This document shows, piece by piece, positions 1 through 15,400 of a DNA stretch of 64,000 nucleotides; position 1 is the first letter of the stretch; every line of letters begins with the position of its first letter. A program made the translations under genes and the position numbers. Location: contig CM119371.1 in NCBI GenBank assembly GCA_051294905.1, forward strand, positions 35,712,001 through 35,776,000. The letters run 5' to 3'. Origin of the DNA: Botryllus schlosseri. Taxonomy: Eukaryota. The notes beneath the pieces are model-generated. The model was given only the letters and a program-made list of their open reading frames with translations, searched no databases and was not told where the DNA came from.

Positions 1-1140
1 CACGGGACAAACGACCTGCCAAATTTAAAGCCTTCCGACCCACTGTGTCAAAATCTGCGACGAAAAATGTAGTTCAAGTAGTGTCCGGACATAAAATAAG
101 CATTGCGGACGCGGCATAGAATATTCTGACATTTCCGTAGCTAAATTTCGAAGAATTCAGCATTTCGAAGGATAAACGCAAAATATGATGAGTTTCAACA
201 GTTGATTCGGTAAATCCGAGCCTGTCACTCATCGTAAGAATTATCACTCGGCCCTGATGCAGATTGTTTTTCGTTCAATACAGTTTAATGTGATCGACCC
301 GGCCATAGATTTTTCGCATCAGTGCATTGCCCGTATTGAATTGACATGGTTGTTTTGACACAAAAAGTTTAAGTGACCTTCACATAATTCATATACCTTG
401 TCATTGATAACCAGGCCTATCTGCACCAACCTGTCTGCATCACGTTTTTGATCCAATTGCTTATACAGCGACAATGGGAAATGTCGTCGACTACCCGTAC
501 GCTATCCGACTTTGACGTCAAGACATATCCTCGAAAGAATGTTTCAGGATTAACTCTGAAACTTTTTGTTTTGAAGTCGCTCAAGGTATTTCTTGAATGC
601 GTCAGTATACCGGCGTATTACGTTAGAATTTTGATTACTCGCGTGGCGTGCTGCCATTTTGCTAGTTGCCCGGATTGAGAATACAAAATAGGTCGATCCA
701 AACCCAATTGTTAACAACTGAACCAGCTATAACTGACTAGCACCTGATCTAGATACGCTATTATTTCACCGACAGTTAACCGTCTAGAAACGGTAAAGAA
801 GAAATCAATGTTGGACAAGTCGGCAGTTTTCAGCTCTCCTGAATCAGATAAAATTAAAATTATAGCTACACATTTCCCCAAATTTGATTTGAATTCGAAT
901 TACTGAATTCTCACAAATTAAATTTAATGAGAAAGAAATGCATCAAACTAAAGTCCTATTCATGCCCAACCGGATTAATTCTCAGGGAAAATCTCTATAC
1001 GCCAGTCTTGGCGCGGTTCGCACTATACAGCTCTCCTGAAGGATTCTCAGGAAAACCAGAAACTATATTAGAATTAGAATTGAAGCACATAAACATTTCA
1101 CATATCAAATTACCGACATTTCACTCTAATTAATCTAATT

Positions 1141-1701
1141 CAGTGGTTCCCAACCTTTTTGTCTTCATTCCCCACTATACCCAAACCTCCTATATACCCT
1201 TTAAAAATGCCCCTCCATAACGTACGGCCAGACGTTTAGCCGGGATTTGCTATTGAAAAGTGTTTCTGAATTCAAGATAACTATTGTCGTATTTTCTTTT
1301 AACTTATTTCATTACGGAGCAGCTATTTGCTTGTTTGAGTACGCAAGACAAACAACCTAACCATTACGCAAGGCCGTTGCCCACGACTGCAACATAAAGC
1401 GTATTGTGATTGTGAACCGACAACGGTAACGCTCAAAATTTATGAAATCGTTATTCACGTCATACTTGTAGTGCTGGATGCTTCTGTGACGCCATCATTA
1501 GTTATCCAGAGTTAAAAATGAGTTTTTGTGAACAACAGGCAATATAATGTTCGATACAGACGTTCTAGAGCAGTTAACTGGTAACTCGGTAATCGCACAT
1601 GTGTCTCCGTAAATATGTAGACTATCCTGTATATAATGTTGAACAAATGCGTCCATTCCCCACCAGAAACCATTGAATTCCCCACCGGTTGGGAACCACT
1701 G
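1141..1701. mobile_element. Non-autonomous hAT (Charlie-like) MITE, 561 bp
   Basis: Perfect 15-bp TIR CAGTGGTTCCCAACC at both ends; exact 8-bp TSD ATCTAATT at 1133-1140 and 1702-1709; no coding capacity. Confidence 0.9.
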
Positions 1702-2561
1702 ATCTAATTAGACAGCTAAAATTAGGTAGTTGAGCAATGCCTGGCCCCAACTAGTTAGTTCTGATACACAACAAAGCACATGTACCCACACTTGTGAACA
1801 GTTCTGATGATGTAATACCACTTTCTGCGTGGTATGGTCGGTTCATTACAATTATTTTGTCGTTCAATAAAGCGGAATATCACGCTAAACGACTGACGCG
1901 TTGATTCGAAGCTGAGTATTTATTTGTGTATGAGTATTGAGTAGCTTTGTCGCGTGACACTTGATTGAATAATGGTGTCCACACCTTCAATATATATTTC
2001 TGGATTACGGTAACGCGATATTTTACGATATTGAGCGCACGTAATTTCGTCGCCTCTGTCGCCATCAGGGGCAGGTACGAATCGAGTGAGGTCGGTAACT
2101 TGCGTCACGTCTTCAATGCAATTCACAGAATCAGAAACCGAATGCTGCATATTAGGCACGAACCCGGGAGGTCGTCAACTTGTACCTAACGAGATTTTAG
2201 GAATAGCTAACTAATTTATTTTTCGACAGTCTGTGCCGCGAAAGTTTAGGGCTTCAAAAATTGCATCTAAATTTCCCGACGCCTTCAACACCCTACCTCG
2301 CCAACACAGCATTACAGGTCCACACGACAAGAGTGTATATTCAAACTCAAAAGATGATACACGACAACGTAACGCAGGATTATATCATGGCTATAAATGC
2401 TATATATTCCTACATGCATACATTCCTACGTCTCTACTTATACAAGAATCCCTTGGATTAAGATACCGTGGTGTAAGTCTGAGAGCTACCACGGGTGTAT
2501 ATTCACACGCGTATATCACGTATGATACACGGATGGGAATGCACACTCTTTTTGCTTAGAG

Positions 2562-2871
2562 CAGTGATCCCCAACCTTTTTCCACCCACGTACCATTTCG
2601 AATTCTTGTGGTCAAGTATATTAAAACGGAATTTGATTAGGTAAGAATCATGATGATTTACGACTATAGATCTCTTCCCCGTAGTCCGTCATTGGTATTA
2701 TTGCTCCTACCCACGACGAAGACGGCTTCAAAAAACTCACAATCATCGCCACCTGAACTATCATAACTCCCTTCGGTCGAATGAAACAGAATCAGAATCT
2801 ACTCGCGGACCACCTGGAAGACCTTCGCGTATACCACTAGTGATACGCCTACCACAGGTTGGGAACCACTG
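2562..2871. mobile_element. Non-autonomous hAT MITE, same TIR family as 1141-1701, 310 bp
   Basis: TIRs CAGTGATCCCCAACCT and CAGTGGTTCCCAACCT (reverse complement of right end); TSD GCTTAGAG / GCTTAGAC (7 of 8 match). Confidence 0.8.
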
Positions 2872-3279
2872 GCTTAGACTGAGGGTTAAAAACTTGCATC
2901 TTGATATCCGAAAGACTTCAACAAACCCACCTCACGGACAGCATTGTAGTTCCAGTGCATCGTATGTATGCATTATCGTAGCACCGTACGAATTTGAAGT
3001 CGATGTATGTGGAAACCATCGTCTGGTTAAATATCAGACGATGTCGACCCTGGTCCATCTATATTTCCGACTTTTCCTTTCCAAATCGAGTATTTTTCGC
3101 GATATTTCTCCATGGTGTGGTACAGAATGTTTTGTGTCACTATTGCGTTGACTTCGATATTGCAGATCGAGGAAGTGGGCTGTCTAAATCAGACGGCAAA
3201 CTTCTATCTTCGTCCGGGAAGATGCGTACGAAAACCGTGCAAGACAATGAGGTATAGTCAAGTCACTGTAGCGCGATTA

Positions 3280-3722
3280 CGGCTGCATTTAAACAAATGG
3301 TTGTTTGAAACACATTGTTTAAAACAAATTTTAAACAGTGTTTTACGCAAAGGCCTTTTAAAAAAAATTGATTTTTTTAAATTGTCAAATTATGCCATAA
3401 TTGAGTAAATACTTTCCAAAAACATGTTGTATGAGCCTATGGACAATTGCCACCCGATATAGCCAACGTATATCGATATGGGATTGTTGGAACCCTCAAA
3501 ATAGTCGGTTCAGCAGTTATAGTACGGATATTTCGTCAAAGAAGTTATATTTACCCTTTATTTTCAATTGTCAATGGCAATTCACTATGAAGTCACAATT
3601 GAATATTCGTGACGTCATGTCTTTAAAAAATACAAAGAAACAACACTAAAAAACATGTTTTAAACAAGGGCCTTGTTTTAAACACGTTTGTTTTGAATTC
3701 ATTTTCGTTCTAAATGCAGCCC
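3280..3722. mobile_element. Probable MITE, superfamily uncertain
   Basis: Inverted ends GGCTGCATTTA ... TAAATGCAGCC with AAACA/TGTTT-rich subterminal sequence; only a TA flank, no convincing longer TSD. Confidence 0.5.
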
Positions 3723-5665
3723 TAGGCGCGATATGACCAGTGGTCGGATTCAGCAGGTTCGCACCAGTTCTACAGATCCGTTTCACGAGTTTTTATGACA
3801 TCGGCGAAAAAGTCATCGTGAAATTTTGTAACAGAACTTGCTGTCGTTCTGGCTACTGGATATGACTCTGACGTTTGGCGTTGGCCATATTGTAGCGGGA
3901 GTAGTTGCGAATTTTCGGGTTTTGTGACGTGCGATCGATATGGAAAATGTAATAGTGATGCATAACATATACCAGCAGCTACATGCATCCAGTTCCGTTC
4001 GCAGAGAGGTGCGGGTGTTACCGGTGAGGTTGAGCATCACAGGTGGTTGGTAAAGAAACGCGTCTAACTAAACTCAAATCCATACCATCGAAACTACTGA
4101 CAACAATATATCTACCAAAAAACTCTCCAAACCTCAACAGCTGGTTAGTCGATATATACTTGCATGTTGACGGCGCTCTTTCACTGTGGAGAGCAGATCT
4201 CTCATTTGCCCGGTACAGTGTTTGTTTAGTTCAGAGGTCTTATTATGTATTTGCTCTGGATAAGTGAACTGGCAGTGCTGTTAAATATAGTTTCCCCGGG
4301 ATGAATTGCTGAAAAAAACATGTCCCAGAGTTTTTTCCAAGTTACAGGAACTTTTTAGTTGTATTACAGTAGTGGTATTATTGATGATATATTTTCGAAA
4401 TATTTTTTAACACATTAACGAGATCAAAACTATAGGCTCACCTCTTCCTCTTCAATATACTGACAGCTATAGCTGCGTAGGAATGAGTAACGAATGTGCA
4501 ACTCAATGGGTAGCATAAAATAATTTTTATCGGCCCATTTGCTCGGGGTTTTGTCGAAATGTAGGGAATTTTGGATGTTGGTAACAAGATTCGACTTCAT
4601 CGGTTCAAATAGCAAATATCGTCTACATTAGTGCCCGAGTTAACCTCTCGGGTTACTAATTCAATGGCTTTGTGGCTTTTCGTTACTTGGAATCCATGCG
4701 CAATTGTTGTACTAGTCTTCGTCATTACACAGATATTTCAAATGTTAGCTTAATTTTGACGTAGATGGATGGACACTCCCGAATTATCATAGTAGAACAT
4801 TGACGACATAACGCAAGAGTGTCATTATTACATATCCGCAACTTTTGTAGTGCATCCTGCGTGTTCAAAGTAAGAACAAGTTAATTATGTCCGAAAGTAA
4901 TACCTGGAATACTGTAGCACAAAAGCATCAAGCAGCAAATGTAAGCCACCAATCGTGTTCCTCGTAAACTCCGACCATTCTTGGCATATTTCAACTGTAA
5001 GCAAAACACATGTGATATGTGCGATCTGCTGAAATTTATGGGAGGTTTGCCTATCTAAATATGCACACTAGATACGTTAATCCTTCACGGGTGAGATCAA
5101 TCCGAGCAAATATAGGACTATTGTGTTGGTTTATACGTGACCTGAACTTTTCACCTGCCAATGGGTGGCGCGAGCCAGCGATGAACCAGTATTTAAATTG
5201 ACACATGGTATAAATAGGAATCTGAAGATTTTGAATGAATTTAGATTTTCAAATCGTACTGAACTCGATTTGGAATTTGAGGTAGAACTTGTATTAATTT
5301 GTAATTTCGATAATGCTTTGTTCGGACGCGATGCTTATAAATTCAAGAATTGCATTCTGACTTGGATTTGAAACAGACACCATCAAAATTCAGATATATT
5401 TTAATATATTTTATTTAAAGTGAATGTGCAATAGAAAGCAACCTATTTATAATCGTTATTGCATTTTAGGATGTCTTGATTTGATGGAACCCAAACCAAA
5501 AAGTTTTAATATGGCAATCATATGTTATTTCGACACTTCACTGCTGCAATTGTAAAATTGGTTCCTTGCAACCGGTCCTAATGCTAATCGCTTCCCTATG
5601 GTGCAACATATGAAAATGGCGTCATGCAATCCAAACACCATGTTCAATTGTAGATTGTATACGGC

Positions 5666-6085
5666 TAGGGTTACCATACGTCTTCTTTTAAGAGGATTTT
5701 GTCCTCATTTTTGACTTTTTTGAAAGTGTCCTCAGAGGACGCCCCTTTGTCCTCTTTTGTGAGATTGTGTCCTCTTTTTTGAGAATCTTTTTTAAATATT
5801 CGGTAAAATTCGAGTGAGACACATGAAATCAGCACTGAAGTAACGCTCCGGCGACTATTTCAGGAGCTGAGCCGGAAAGCCGATCTTTTTTTAATTTTTA
5901 GTTCACCAACGTAAAGTGTATTTCTGGAGTTGAGCTGGAAAGTTGACTTTTTTTTCTTTTTTCAGTCAACCAACCACAAAGTCGGGGAAAATTTACCATT
6001 TTTTCCCGATTTTACTCCAGAATTGAAAGTCGGAAAATACACAAAAGTGTCCTCTTTTTCACATTTTCAAAATATGGTACACCTC
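5666..6085. mobile_element. Possible degraded MITE
   Basis: Imperfect inverted ends TAGGGTTACCATA / TATGGTACACCT with repeated GTCCTC subterminal motifs; no TSD found. Confidence 0.3.
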
Positions 6086-9000
6086 AGTATGTGTATTATG
6101 TTGCTAAATTCTAGTACAGTATCGGTGAGAATTTGAGTGCTGAAAGTGATGCTACGTAGACCTGGGCCTTTATAACTCCGCGAATCCTCTACTATACGGT
6201 TTCGTAAAAACCAAGATGGAATTTTGAATAGCAGCAGATAGAGGTTTTTTACTCATCGAATTCCAGCGTATCAAATCGCTTTGCTCAATTATCTACATAA
6301 CCTCGGCTGTTGATTTTTCCTGAGACCAGTAAGCATTGTGTCGTTTCTCTACATGGGCGCGTACCGGTATCAGCGCACGGTGACTGTAGAGATAAGATCT
6401 CCTTATTAGATATGACAGACGAGCTTAGATATGGAATATGGAAAGTCACACGCATCGCCCAGCGTCTGTCTCGGTCTTTGATATCGAATACTTCAAACTA
6501 AATTCCTGGGGTAATCATCACGTTAACATTTGAATTTTGCTGCGACGACGTGATACTCGATAGGGATTCTTAGAACGTTTACGCCCGGAACATCAGTCGG
6601 AGACGTTCGCGGCGTTCAATTATAGCGTAATGTGTCGAAATCTCGGTGTCGGTAACATACCGCCCGTTATAAAAGGTTATTTCTGTACTGGCGTTTGAGA
6701 TTCCAAACGTATCCGAACCGCATCTGGTGGAAAGTTGTTGTCAGAGGCGACCACACTCACGGCTGCAAACAGGAACTGATGGCCGAAATAAAATGGCCTA
6801 ACCGTCAAAAGGCGTATTTACAAAAGTGACTGTGATGTATGCTCAATATAGGGACTATTTTACCGCTGATGCGCTCATGGAAAACTCTAAGTTTCAATTC
6901 ATCCTCAACTATAGTTTGTTTTCACAATACTTGCTTGCATACTTTAGGGCAGGGTGACCAACTTTTTTTTGTTTACGGCGTATGTGGTTTACAAATGATT
7001 CCGTGAATTTTACTATTAATTTATAATCTTGTAATCGGTTGTATTATAATACCTAATTAGAACTCTCGCACCGAGATACTAATCTTTCAATGTGTATTAT
7101 CACCTTGTACAAATATTAGAACAATTAGCACATCAAATATACTTAGAGACTGCTGAGAAGTGTATGTGCGGCCCGTGGTACCACTGTATTATCAATGTAG
7201 GCTCAGTTATCAACTGGGTTGCACACCCTGAGCAACGAAGTCGGGTTTGTTTTCTCAAAACAAACCATAAAAAAACATGTGCGTTTTAATCGAATAAGGC
7301 CACGTTTTCTTTTTAATGTTTTTAAATCGACAATAGGGGCGTGAGTTTTCGTACTCTGGTCAAGAGTTTTCGAATCACAGCTATATAATCAATACCAATT
7401 AAATACGCGAGAACCCATGATTTTTACAATACTACGTGCACTGCGAATATTGCATCGTTTGAAAGTCGTATTGCTAAGGATCGTCCGAGGATCCCAGCAT
7501 TGAACAGCTGTTGGCGGTTAGAATATGGGAATGTCATGGCCCAAGCTATACTTCATGCCCATTTTAAATTGTTTCGAAATACACTGAATGATATGATCTT
7601 TAATTATTGCGACATCGCTCAAGGAAACCGACGGCTTCCTGATAAACAAATCTTGCATGGCTGGCTTGTAGTGCAAGAAATCGAGACCACGATGATCCGA
7701 TACAATAGAATGTTGGTTTCACGTTCAGACGACCGCATTCGGTAATCTCACACGGTGCATATGTCGCTATTGTTATTTCTTAAAATACAGCTCAGCATTA
7801 CGTGGCATCAATATCGTGGCGTCACGTCGCGACAAGCTATAACTTTCTCTTCTCATTGGCAGCTTTAAAGGCTCTCACCATAGTATATTAGTCTCAACTC
7901 TTCATAACTAAAGATATTGATGCAACTGATTTCATGATAGACGAATAAAGCGGAGCTTGCTCTTCATTGAATTTTATTTGGACAAGTATAGAAGCAACGA
8001 GAGGCAAAATAAATTAGAACGTATTGTGATGTGCAAATCGTAAATGTCCACAGTGATCTGTATCACAGTGGCGTCAACATCGATGCATGCAGTGATACTT
8101 GCTACGCGAGAAATTGTGTGACATCAATTGAAATTGCGACACCTAAAACGATATCGCAATATGCACAGTTCAGCGCGGCAAATGCCCAACAATAATCTAT
8201 CATCCCACAATCCTTCGACGGGCAACAGGTTTGCATAACATGAGCAATATCTGGACACTAAAAACAGGAGTTAACACTGATCAGTGGTCATATGTCGTAA
8301 GACACACGTTTTAAGGATTTGGGTTTGAATGCGGCATGTGCTAATATCTTGGAAACGACGTTTTCAGAAACATTGTGGTACATGTAACGAAACTAGTTTG
8401 TAAAACGTGACTGATTAGAGATACACTGGGGGTTGGTATTAATACATATAGGGATCTTCCAAGAGCACGTGCACTTTCTGGCATTACACAACGTGATATC
8501 AACAATAAAGCAAGCAAAACCGGTGATTACGTAAAGAAAACATGCAAAGAATGCTGATACTTCTGTTTTGGATATGGTTTTGATACCCAAAACAACTGAT
8601 GCATATTAAGAATGAAGAAACATACCGATAACACTAATTCCCAAACTTTAAAATAGGGCGAGATTTAAGAACAACTCAAGAGGTTATCCTATTGTAGTGA
8701 TTGATGTTGAAGGTGCGGATTGCAAAAGCAAATAGCCCCATGTAAAGGATAAGGGCGTGCGGAAAGATGTTCGAATGGGTTTTACGAATTAACAGCAACT
8801 GCGGGGCATTAATATAAGGTACATTGGTATCTTTACTACTAACAAAACCCCCTCTAATTCATAGCAGATAAAGCGTTTTGCTTGAACCGAATCGGGTTGG
8901 TTGAAAGTATTTTTACGTGAATGTATTGAGAGAAATTCAATGATGCCTCTCAAGGCGGAAATAAATCTTCGCTATCCACTTGAGATAAAGAACTAGTTCT

Positions 9001-11333
9001 GCCAAATTTGACCCAGTCAACTGGTAATGACGTTGGTATGACGCTTCCAAAAATTATATTCGTAAATCTACTTTTACTGAGGTATTCTGTCGAAAGTTAT
9101 TGATCGGTGATGTACTCCAGTCGTGTGACATAAGGAAACCAATAAAATATAAAGCTCATTGGGCCTACAATAAACTTTAACATTGTCAAAGAAAATAGAA
9201 CTCAATATACTATCAGATTACCATATTGAACATGGTATTGTAATGGCGTTATGGGGTCGAGGGGCCTAGACTATTGGAATTGCGTTGGAAATTGATACAT
9301 GAAGAACATATCATTATAGATACATTATACATACATGCAGTTTGAGGTAAAGGCGAAAAAGTGCACATCGTTTATTGTAAATTGTTTTACGTTAATATCT
9401 TGCGCAACATGGCATGACACTGGTCAGGTTGCTAGTTCAATAGTAAGACACGTTGTCAGCGACAGGTAATATATCATGTCGTGTAATGACCGCTTGATAT
9501 CGCATATAAGCATCGACAGAGATATATTTCTAAACAGGAAAATTATTTACTCACAGAAAAATGAAGCTTACATCCCATCCACATGATGAAAGACTAAATT
9601 TGTGTAACGTGAGTAGAGACAAGTAAGTGTCAACTCATGATCGTTTAAGCCACCGCTGAAAACGTCGATCAGATTCGCCACGTGTGCGTATTCCGACTAT
9701 TTTGCCAACATCACAAATCGACTACAGATGCCAGTTCAATAGACCTGTTTATATTTGTTTCCAGCTTTTCCAGTAGAGATTATGCTAGTTCCTACAATCA
9801 TGGCTCTGGTATGTTAAAGACGTGATTGTTTTCGTATAAGCGTTGTCATATACACGGGTGTCCGTATCAGTTTACTGCATTGGAAAATAATTATTTATCC
9901 ATTCAGTGGAAATCCCAGCAAGACTTTTACTGTGGTCATCTTTAATCCCATAAAAACGAATCAGTAATGGTAGGACTCTGTACACGATCCGTGATGTACT
10001 GGCTATATATTAATAAGATCGCTATGATTAGTTTACATCCCTAACACGACTGGTGACTAAATGTTTATTTATTTCAAAAAATCTTTCCGAAATGATATCG
10101 CACGACGACATTTAGGGTTCAAAGGCGCGGCTGTCTTTCTTGACGCAAGGCCGAAATATGTCGCAAAGGTTGGATAACAGAAGAAACGCCACAGGTAATG
10201 TGACACCCGGCGATAAGAGTCTTCGATAATTTTTAATAAAATATTTTGCTGCGACTCGAATAATTTTCGCGTTTTTGTGCTGTTTTGGGGTAGATAGCAT
10301 CGCGAAATTGCATTACTCTGTCACTCCTTGCGATTCGATTTTGTCAATCGAATTCCGTTTCTTTGCGTTGGTAACCAGACACTTAAACCCAATTCGGTAA
10401 AATGGTGGAGATACCTGAGCCACAAAGCGTCAATTGTTCGCAAACGGACCTGGACGATGGGAGAGTTTCAGCCGAAATGCTTCCGGAATGACTTCAAAAT
10501 CTGTCAAGGACGCTGTTCCAAAGTACCAGCCATATTTTCATGTTAATAAATTACCCCAGGACCTATATATCGTCAGTGGACATATTTGCAGGGCAATGTA
10601 AAAGTCCAAGCTCAACATATACCGGTAAAACTATACCCATACCGGCGATATCAAGTTTGACGTTTGGCTGTAGGATTAAACAATGTACAATTGCACATGT
10701 AGGCTACAACATTTGTGCTAGCAATACGCTTTTTCATTACATTGTATAGATATAGGATAAACGTTGGGTCCAAATCCAAATGCTGTATAAACGGATAACG
10801 CTTAGTGATATAAAGCTCTTCATTGGTGTTCTTGTATGTTTTGTACCGATGACTCAGTTCCATTCCGCTTATTCGACGTCTGCTTCAGGCCTTCGCCGAT
10901 TTTCGTTTAGGTATGGTACTGTCTCGTACTGATTTTGGGATGTTCTCTGAGAATTATCCATCCGTCTTTAATCGTAATTCAATGGGAATAACGTAGCGAA
11001 TTCCGTTTTCGCGATCTCTTCTCTCCTCTCTTTTTATGATCTCTCGCGTAATTCTCTCAATTACCCGAACTGAGCTGTCTCCTATTCGGGAATCTCTCTC
11101 GTATTCTTTCGACTGATAATTTCATTTCAGCGCTTCAGAGCTTTTCCGACTTGCGCTGTCAGGAGGGCTTGTTTTCGCAATAGTCGTCGATTAATATGTT
11201 CCTCTCCTTATGAAACGGTGCGGATTTAAAGGACTCTACTCTTTCGAGCCATTCCATCTGAAATATAAAGTAAAGTATGTTAACATTACCACGATATTAA
11301 ACTGCTATCAGTCTATATCGTCATTGCGTATAC

Positions 11334-12487
11334 CAGACCTGGACAAAGTGCGGCCCGCGGGCCAAATGCGTCCCGCGAGCTATTCTGTGCGGCCCGCGAA
11401 AGGTTGCTTGGAATTCAAAACATAAAACTTGCTTTTTGAATGACTACAACCATAGGCTGTATCAAATGAACAGGAAATTCGTTTACTTTGAAGCCTGTTC
11501 ATTAACATGCCACGAATACGCTGCCTACGTACCTGGCGTGCGTAATCCAGATTCAAAATTAAGGCAATGTAGCAAAGTATGAGTAGCAATTGAAGTCACA
11601 AGAAATCACTCTGTCCATATAGTTTAGTTCAAACCTTCCTTGTTGACACTGTCACATTACTCATTATACGCTATGTGTTTCTATTTGCGACGTGATATGT
11701 TTCCAAATCCCTAATTCGGAAAACAAGTCAATTAGTGCTCGCAATTACTATATGACTCTATCACCCACAAAGGATTACCGGGCATGCCAAAAAAAAAGCC
11801 GAAAACTGAAATTCGAAGAAGGTTTAGGCTGAGAATTTAGAGCACTGAATATTCGCATACTGGAGTCAGGGGTAAACCCATCCTTTTAGGGTTTGCCGAT
11901 CATGTCGCCGAAATTAAGGAATTTAATTAAAGTCGTTCTTATGACAAAAGCACGAAACACTCGGTCAAGGGAGGGCGAAGTTCAGAAACACTGCAGGCTT
12001 CGCTCAACATACAGGTTATTTAACCTGCACACTGCTCGGAAGGCAGCGACGAAGAATATAAGCTTTGTACTATTGCATGTATATTTCAGTGCAGTGGTTC
12101 TCGAACTGAGAGACGTTAAAGCATTATAAGGGTGGCGTGAGGCCGAAGTTTATTGAAAAAATTTTGCGCGCTACGCGCGACATACCTCAGCTTACAGTTG
12201 TTGCTCTGTGTATTGTCCGACTTTGATATTTCAGAATTCTCTCAGAAATAGCCAAAATCCATGCCATTCCATCGAACTATCCCTTGGAATTGCTAGCATT
12301 CTGGTTGCACTTTTTACTATTTTGTGATATCATGATATCTTGGCGCGAAATTTTTCACTATCGTAAAGGAGGCGTGCCTATAAACATCCGAGAACGCTGG
12401 AGAATATAGCTAAAGTTTTTCACTCGGCCCGCCAACGTATTTATTTTTCTCATTTGGCCCGCGAAGGAAAATAATTGCCCACCTCTG
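11334..12487. mobile_element. Non-autonomous hAT (Charlie-like) element, 1154 bp
   Basis: Imperfect TIRs CAGACCTGGACAA / CAGAGGTGGGCAA; subterminal GGCCCGC repeats at both ends; exact 8-bp TSD GCGTATAC at 11326-11333 and 12488-12495. Confidence 0.85.
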
Positions 12488-15400
12488 GCGTATACGGTCA
12501 AATCACATGCTTTTGCAGTTTCAGTTACTTGCTTTATCAACATAAAAGCTGATATATTATTAAATAGGTAGCGATAGTGGGTAAGTATAACGTTACCTGT
12601 CGCTTTGAGAAAAATATTGACTTTCCTAAAATTGTCCATGTATATTTCTCGCAATCACTCTCATCTTTATCACTGTAACGCGTACTGGACTGCTTATTCC
12701 TTCGGCCGCTCCTCTCGAATATTAACCTGTTGGGTAGAAAGTTGCGTGTGAGTTTGAATATTCCTGAACATGAGGAATATAATTACAATCCTCTTACTTC
12801 CTCAAATTTATCCTTCGTATCGTTCCTTTCGACCCGATTTCAGTCAGGTTAAATCGATTTCCTCTCGCTTGAAAGATATTCCATTGCTGGTTGTCTTGTG
12901 AACTGCGGGACTGTAGGATAAAATAGAATGTTGTTATTCAAAGATGTAAGATTCTTCATGATCACTGGACCACTATAATTACAGTAAATAAATGCTTGGT
13001 ACTCAGAATTGCCGGGACAGCATGGGGGGGGGTGCAAGACTTAGAAATCCGTAAAAGACTATATCTGTATATTATATGTCTAGCGGCATATGTATATCAT
13101 GTACTCATGGTATCCATATGCTCAGATCGTGGGTATGTATATAATGAGTCGGTGTATATGCCACAAAAACATCAAGCTCCAAAATATAAAACGTCCTATC
13201 CTATCCTTGGTAGAGATTGCTGGACCTACAAAATGTCGATTACATTATAACACTTCGGAAATTTATTTGTAAATCAGCGGATCTTTATATGGCATCGACG
13301 AACTACTTTCAGGTCACATGGTGATGCAACTTTAGCCTTCCAGTAAGAGGAGAAAGTTTTAGTATACTTTATCGCATTTATCAGATCACTATATTAGATT
13401 AGGCAAATCTTCGACACCACACTCGAATGCCGAACATAATCCGCGAATATGGATAGAGTTTAATATCGAAAATTCCATGTTTATTTTTAGATTTGTTTGT
13501 TTTGATCCGGCGTCGAAACCTTTGTGTTGGAATCGTTGGTTTTGACTATTATGTGGAAGAGCATAAGATAAGCTAATGTGTATCAGTGATTTGTGAAAAA
13601 GTGAGAAAGATCACGTAGGATTGACGATGAAAGATTTCAAGTTTGAATCGGATCAAATATTCAAAAGATGATATTAGTTTTATATCCCTTCACTCTACTT
13701 GATGCGCATTTGCGGGATTTAGCAGATCATGTTGTGAAAGTTTAAGGCAACATGCAGCGACGGTATCTGTATTTGGAATGCTTACCCTTACAAGGAACGA
13801 GAACGCGTGCTTTCCGATTATGTGATGCTCTCTGTGATAAAGTTGTATCTAAATAGAAACACGCGGAATTTAGACACGCGTCGAGTCCCCGACATACAAA
13901 TATTGCAGCGGATAAAATCAGTGCGCCCGAGGAACTGGTACCAAAATTCCCGATGAACGAAAAGAGGCAATCATTCGAATTCTTTAAATACACCAGATTA
14001 CTTTTTGATTTTACGTAGATTAAAGTGCGCAATGGTAATGTGGTAATGGTAACTCTCGCAATGCGAAGTAGAAATAATCTCCGCAACAATTTTTCGAGTG
14101 AAAATGTCGTGTGTTTGTATACCATCTTTGCTCTGTTTTGTGGAATTTCTGAATTCACAAGCGGTGCTGTTGCGACATATACAATAGTAACAGATTGCGC
14201 TTTTATGTCGCTATATCTATTAATTCTATTTCATGAATTGGAATCTGGATGATGCTCCGGAGACTTCTGTATTGATCAGGCGGCATCGGCCATTTTTATA
14301 ATTCATAACAAATGTCATTTATATCCGTTACGAAAGTTCAAACCTTTGCTATCGTCTAAATTGGTATCATGACTGAAAGCATTTCGATCGCGGATCTTTA
14401 TTTCTGGATAAGTTTGTACATTTCACAGAAATTCTGGTGGCGGGGTGTGAAGTTTCCATAAATGATGTAGTTATGAAATTGTAGCGTCCGCGTCAGATGG
14501 CCGCCAATGGTATACGCAAACCGCATTTAGGAAAGCCCATTTTATATTTTGCGATCTCTTTCAATTGATGAGTGAGTCTTAAAGCAAACCCATTGCGAAG
14601 CGGTACAGCTTGAACTGTTTAACTCTGAAAATGCGGGTATCGCATCTCGTCAATCTCCTGCAGGGAGTTTATGTAACACATGCGAAGTCTATTGAGTCTA
14701 GTCACAACATTGCAAGGTAAATCGAAAAACCTAATCATTAAACCTTGAAACACTCTCAGTAATTATATCCTATGCACTATTAAAAAAAACCAACCTCAGC
14801 TCGCCTGTGTCTCCCGAAAACTTTATGCTGGGATCCACTCGTAATCAATATCTTTTCCACTGTGAGTCGTCGCGTGTGTCCTCTATACTTGATGTCTGTG
14901 TATAGCCGGCCGTGATGAAATGTGACTTCAACTGAGAACAGAATATTGGAGTTTAATCTGAATGCCAATTTGAAGGATCTAACCGCCGCGACAGCTTCCA
15001 GATACACGGAGGTAGAATACTTTATTTATGTCAACAAACGACAGTATGGTCACAAGTTGAAACGTGTGCGTAAAGTTTCAGACTCCCCAACTCGTACGAT
15101 TGGCACCATTCTGGAAAGCTTCATATGTTTGGTATTGTCGCTTTGTACTGCACGCGCATAACTGTTTCCTAAGCATGCTTAATCGGATCATGTCCCAATC
15201 AATCTGTTTATCCTGCGGCGTAACATGGCATTTTACTGGTTACGTGCTGACGCAATCCGACAGGATATCTAAACCGTTGCATGCGTGACAAGAAAATTTA
15301 TGTGTACTAAACAACGCGCAACCGTCTATTTGGATAAATCTATTGCCTTCCACCTATATTATAAATGCACATAACATAGAAGATTTTTTCAACTCACGTC

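Noticed and set aside
10880-11160. Purine-rich, Arg/Glu-coding-like stretch on the minus strand
   Set aside because: Stops in all frames examined and no clear splice boundaries; cannot be assigned.
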